A DNA stretch of 64,000 bases. It comes from Octopus vulgaris. Taxonomy: Eukaryota. Below the pieces are notes generated by a model that made no database searches, had not been told where the DNA came from, and saw nothing but the letters and a program-made list of their open reading frames with translations. Below are positions 58,620 through 64,000 of this stretch, one piece after another. The DNA is taken from NCBI GenBank assembly GCA_951406725.2, contig OX597830.1, positions 64,666,001 to 64,730,000 on the forward strand, in the 5' to 3' direction. The position numbers and the translations under genes were made by a program. Position 1 is the first letter of the stretch. Each line of letters opens with the position of its first letter.

Positions 58620-59400
58620 AAGAGAAACGAGAACGGCAGGGTAAATAGATGGAATGTCATGGGATTATATGGCCAATTCATACAACAAACCGCGGTTGTT
58701 AAAAGTAAGAACGTTGATTGTGACTGGCAGACGAAATAGAGAAACCTGAATCGGTTTTTATAGTTGCTCCGGAACAGCCCATTAGAACAAAGTTAGTAAG
58801 GGCAAAGATTGGTAAAAATCAGCCTGTGGACAAACACAGAACCTGTGAAAAGAGAAACAATAGTATAAACTAGCCCTTAAACGAATGCAGTAAGTTAGCG
58901 CAAGAAGAGTATAAGCGTAATCATGATTGTATCGGTAAATGAGATCCTTGAGCTGTTAATGGAGTGCGCGATTTTAAATTAGCAGAAAAAACTGGTATGA
59001 AGAACACCAACTGGAGACTTTGAAAGAGAATAATAAATTACATGAATGTATGGGATTTTCCCATAAAGACTGATTTTAATGCTGGAGCAAAGAAACCAGA
59101 CATGACTGAAGCGGACAAAAAACATCAAGAAAAGTATAAGATCAAAGATTTTGCAATGCTGTATGATTACAGAATGAAAACTAAATAAACTGAAAAACAA
59201 AAAAAAATGAGAAATATCGAGACTTAGGTATAGATCAAGGAATTGTGGGATTCCGAAGTGACAATTGTTCCGAGGGTAATTGGTGAATTTAGTACAACAC
59301 TCAAACAGCTATCAAATCAGTTACATAATACTGTGTACCATTTCTTATATTCTGCAAGAAACCTAAGAGAGATTCCTGCGATTTGAGGTGGCTTGTCACC
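58620..59400 (+). mobile_element. R4/Dong-like LINE C-terminal relic
   Basis: CSKLAQEEYKRNHDCIGK zinc-knuckle-adjacent motif and VTIVPRVIGE; followed by (TAA)n. Confidence 0.7.
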
Positions 59401-59492
59401 AAACGAAAATATAACGACCCTGTAGCATCTAATGGCGTTAAAATAGCATATGATGGCGTTCAATTAATATACATAATAATAACGATAGTTGT

Positions 59493-59525
<33 letters not shown>

Positions 59526-59784
59526 TTAATTTAACTTTAAAAAAATAATTTAATTTAACTTAAAAAAAAAATTTTAATTTAACTTAAAAAAAAAATGAAC
59601 GAACTATTGAGTTTAGTTTAATGGCCTACCAATGTATACTATGAGTTTCTTTGCCCTAGGAGTCGGGAAGACACTCGGCAAGAAATGGAAGCAAATTTGA
59701 AAGAAGAAGAAAAAAAAAAATAATAGTTGTAATAATAATGATAGTTGTAATAATAACAACAACAACAACAATAATAATAATATG

Positions 59785-60144
59785 AGGAAGCAACCATACT
59801 CTGGGATATGCCAATACACACAGAGAAATTAAGGCCAACAGGCCGAATATGGTTGTCAGAGATCACTTAGAAAAAAATGCTTTCTAATCGATGTATCGAT
59901 ACCAACAGATGACAATGTTTCTCTAGAACAAGTGGAGAAACTTTCAAAATACAAAGATCTGGAAATAGAGGTAACTCGCTGTTTGTGTTGATATGAGATC
60001 ACCGTGTCGCGCACATACGGTTGTGATTCATGTCCCCTTATCAGACGGATACTCATGATGATTATGCAGGGCTTCGTATATTTGTACCCCAGTGTACGTT
60101 GATGGCATGTACTGCTTTATAACTCAATAATAATAATAATAATG

Positions 60145-60204
<60 letters not shown>

Positions 60205-60243
60205 GTAGTAATAATAATAAAAATAATAATAATAATAATAAAG

Positions 60244-60297
<54 letters not shown>

Positions 60298-60307
60298 GTA
60301 GTAGTAG

Positions 60308-60384
<77 letters not shown>

Positions 60385-60685
60385 TACCAGGAAACCCCAA
60401 AATGGCAGAAATTCAAAAGATAGTGCTCATGGGAACTGCTCATATCCTACGCAAAATACTTTCTATGTAATCTCAAGGTTTAAAACAAACATAATTTTTG
60501 GTTTAAAAAAAAATTATTATTTTTTTTAGACTTTCATTAGTACAACACCAAAAACTCCCCCCCAAATATATGACACACTAGGCATAACAACAACATGAAC
60601 TTCCAACCTGTTGTCTCTTGAGGTCTCTGGGTGAGACTTGGAGCCAACAACTTGGAGTACAAATATAAAGCAAAAGTCAAACATA

Positions 60686-60690
<5 letters not shown>
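59785..60690 (+). mobile_element. R4/Dong-like RLE endonuclease end and 3'UTR, in pieces separated by another 3' end and (TAA)n
   Basis: ATILWDMPIHT..IKANRPNMVVRD...CFLIDVSIPTDDNVSLEQVEKLSKYKDLEIEVTR; later PKMAEIQKIVLMGTAHILRKILSM*; (TAA)n tail from ~60688. Confidence 0.85.
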
Positions 60691-60783
<93 letters not shown>

Positions 60784-63094
60784 GTAAGGGTTTCATTTAT
60801 TTGCCACACGGGCATGGGATGAGGGGGACAATACAGAGACAGACATAAAGTGTTGGGGTTTACATATCATAATGAAATGATTAAAAAAAGTAAGGATACG
60901 CGGCATACGTTGAAAATTACTGAAATATCAGTACCCAGCTACCGATATGGCTGAAAAATGTGGGAACGAATGCCAAGATAAGACATTATCAAAAATCAGC
61001 CTTGCTTGGGTCTGCAAGAGTCCTCTGCAGGGTTCTGAAGCATGGGCAGTAAATAAGTGCCACCTTAGTCTGCTTGCACTGCAAGCTGACACGTTCCATC
61101 GTACCCAGCAAAATAAAGCTGAAACATTTTGATGGTAATCTATAAAAGTCAAGATGATCTCCGTCTGTCTGTCCGTCACAACACATTTGCAGAGGGAGGG
61201 GAAAAGGGGAGGAATAAAACTTATGTTGTTGAGGGAGAAATAAACTGAGAGTGAAAGTGTGTGAAAGATAGATAGCAGTGTTGTCACCATAGAAACTAAC
61301 GAGTTTTGGTTTAAAAAGCGGCAATTTTAAATGCAAGTCTGTCAACATAACGCAACACGCATTTCAAAGAAAGTTTTAAAATTGTAGGTTGCATCTACCT
61401 GATCCAGTGTTCATACACGGACAATTTTACATTGCTAACAGTAGATCATATACGAAGCTAAACAGAATTCGGCAACAAAGCGAAGAAGAGACAAGATAAT
61501 GGAAAATGAAAAGTTAACTAAGAACGTTTTTTATCATGCAATTATCTTATGAGATATTCCTCAATGAACATACTTATTCTGTAGAATATGAAAAAAGAGT
61601 ATTTTAAATAAATGTTATTATTCAACAGTATTCAAAATGTTCGTAATCTTCACCGAGAAAGTCACTCTAAACAATTTATGATGGTATATGCATGATCGAT
61701 ATATAGGCAGTGTAGCGATGGATTATGACGTAGTAAAAAATAATTAGTGATTTATGCAAGAGTCTAGCAATTTTCATGAGTGAGTGACTGATCAGTACCA
61801 TCAATCCCAGTAATTGACTTGGGGCTCCGTAAGGGTGAAAGGCGAAGTTAATGTGGAAGGTATTTGGACTCAGGAAGTCACAAAATGCAGCGACGCATTT
61901 CAATCGTTCGATGCTCTACTGATTCTGTAATAAGCTATATTGATAATGGCGATGATAATCATACTTCTTTCCAGTTTTGGTACAAGGCCAGCAGTTTTAA
62001 GGGGTAGGAATTCAGCGATTCCCCTCACCAGTGTTCAACTGGTACATATATTATCGACGTCGAAAGGATGAAAAAGAATGTCAACTTGGACGGGATTTGA
62101 ACCTGAACGTAAAGACGGAAGAACCGCGCTGGTAAGCATTTTCTCCGGCGTGCTAATAATTCAGCCAGTTCGTCACCTTAAAACGAACATCAGCAACAAC
62201 AACAACTGTAATAAAAATGACGTTGATGAAGAAGAAGAGGACAAAATGAACGAGAAAAAAATGGCGGAAATGGTGGAGGAGAATGAAGGTTAGCACAACA
62301 AAAGAAAAGTATCTGGAAGGGCGCCAAACTTTTACCATTCTTAGATATATTGTAAGTTATCGCTGATTTATATACACTGTCTGTCGTACTTGTTGTTGGT
62401 GTTGTTGTCGTCGTTGTTGTTGTTGTTGTGCATAGGATGTGGGTGGTGGTGGGCTGTGATGCAAAGATGAATAGAAGAAATTATCTTGTAACGTTCAGAA
62501 GAATTGTGCCAAACACCATCAACTTCAGTACGTGTTCTACAGACGCATAGACATTCATACACACACGCACGCACACACACACACACGCACACACACACAC
62601 GTATGTATATATATATATATATGTATATACGTATATACATATATATATATATGTATATATAGGAATATATACATATATATGCATATAATTATGTAGGTAT
62701 AGATATAGATATATGCAGATGTATATGCACACGCATCCACGCCTCTTTATTTATCTATCTGTTTATCTTTTGTTCTATGCCTATACACACACACGCACAC
62801 ACACACACACAGAAACACACACACACGAACATACACACGCGTGTATGTATTTAGTCGTCAAAGAATCCACCAGTCAGAAAAAATAGACACGTATATTCGT
62901 GAATAAAGTGTGTATATTAACCCAAGTATTGTAGATCTGTTTCAGCCGATTTTACCAATCTGCTTCGCGATAGAATTAAGGTAATCGATGTTTTAATAAT
63001 GCCAACGTTTTGCAGTGGTAAAGGTATAGAAAACATTGGGTCTGTCTTCTGTTACCGGACGTGAGGATGCGTCATATCCAGTTTATAGTTGCTG

Positions 63095-63437
63095 TGAAGG
63101 CACGTGGCTCAGTGGTTAGAGCGTCGAGCTTACGATCGTGAAGTTGTGAGCTCGAATCCCGGACCGGGGTGCGTGTTGTGTTCTTGAGCAAGACACTTTA
63201 TTCATGTTGCCCCAGTTCACTCAGCTGTAGAAATGAGTTGCGACGTCACAGGTGCCAAGCTGTATCGGCCCTTGCCTTTCCCTTGGACAACATCGGTGAC
63301 GTGGAGAGGGGAGGCCGCTATGCATGGGCGACTGCTGGTCTTCCATAAAAAAAAACAACAACCTTGCCCAGACTTGTGCCTCAGAGGGTAACTCTCTAGG
63401 TGCAAACCCATGGTCAGTGTCTGACCGAAGGGGGTCA
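63095..63437 (+). mobile_element. SINE family D (tRNA head, V/CORE-like cttgagcaagacactt box)
   Basis: A box tggctcagtggtta, B box gctcgaatccc; related heads at ~20395(+) and ~26630-26695(-). Confidence 0.8.
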
Positions 63438-63739
63438 CACTTTCACACAGTTGCTGTGAGAAATGGAAAATACAAAGATATATAAACATGGATATACTTT
63501 TGCATGTATATATATCCAGCATGGCCGCAACCTTTGGTATGAAACGCATAAAAGATTAAAAGAATACACACACAGGTCTGCTTCCTAACTATATGGTTCT
63601 CGGCTCACTTCTATTGCGTGACAGCAAGGGCAAGTGTCTTCTACTATTGCCTCGGGTCGACCAACGACTTCTGAGTGGATTTGGTAGACGGAAACTAGAA
63701 AAACCCGTCGTTTATATATATATGCATATATATATATAC

Positions 63740-63794
<55 letters not shown>

Positions 63795-63864
63795 GAGCAA
63801 ACACATAAATGTGAAACAAGGTGGGAAAAAAAGAGTACTCAAATACCAGTGGTAGAGTAATATG

Positions 63865-63974
63865 CTTTATTTAAAGCAGCAGAAAATTCAACAAAACCTG
63901 TTACTCTGAGTTTCCCGTTGCCGTTCATCTCAGAGTAACAGGTTTTGTTGAATTTTCTGCTGCTTTAAATAAAG
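63865..63974. repeat. Perfect 46-bp inverted repeat with 18-nt spacer
   Basis: 63865-63910 is the exact reverse complement of 63929-63974. Confidence 0.95.
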
Positions 63975-64000
63975 TATATATACATATATATATATATATA

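Overview
Eukaryotic, AT-rich, extremely microsatellite-dense DNA. No intact protein-coding gene can be identified with confidence; almost all listed ORFs are artefacts of (TA)n, (TATG)n, (TATC)n, (CA)n, (TAA)n, (GAT)n, (ACC)n or (CCG)n tracts. The tRNA-derived SINEs and repeat landscape resemble an octopus/coleoid cephalopod genome (recognition, not verified). The window is a TE graveyard: dozens of SINE copies from about four families; two Pif1-helicase Helitron relics and two non-autonomous Helitrons; Merlin and Tc1/mariner transposase relics; several R4/Dong-type RLE LINE fragments stacked at (TAA)n tracts; three Tx1-like LINE 3' ends inside (TATC)n tracts; and short (TA)n-associated elements with minimal hammerhead-like motifs. 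The most unusual signals are a 286-bp foldback at 22058-22343 whose transition mismatches are all G-U on the + strand, the hammerhead-like elements, a degenerate 79-bp array with two conserved TTGARCG boxes, a SINE chain with palindromic junctions, and a possible spliced membrane-protein gene on the minus strand.
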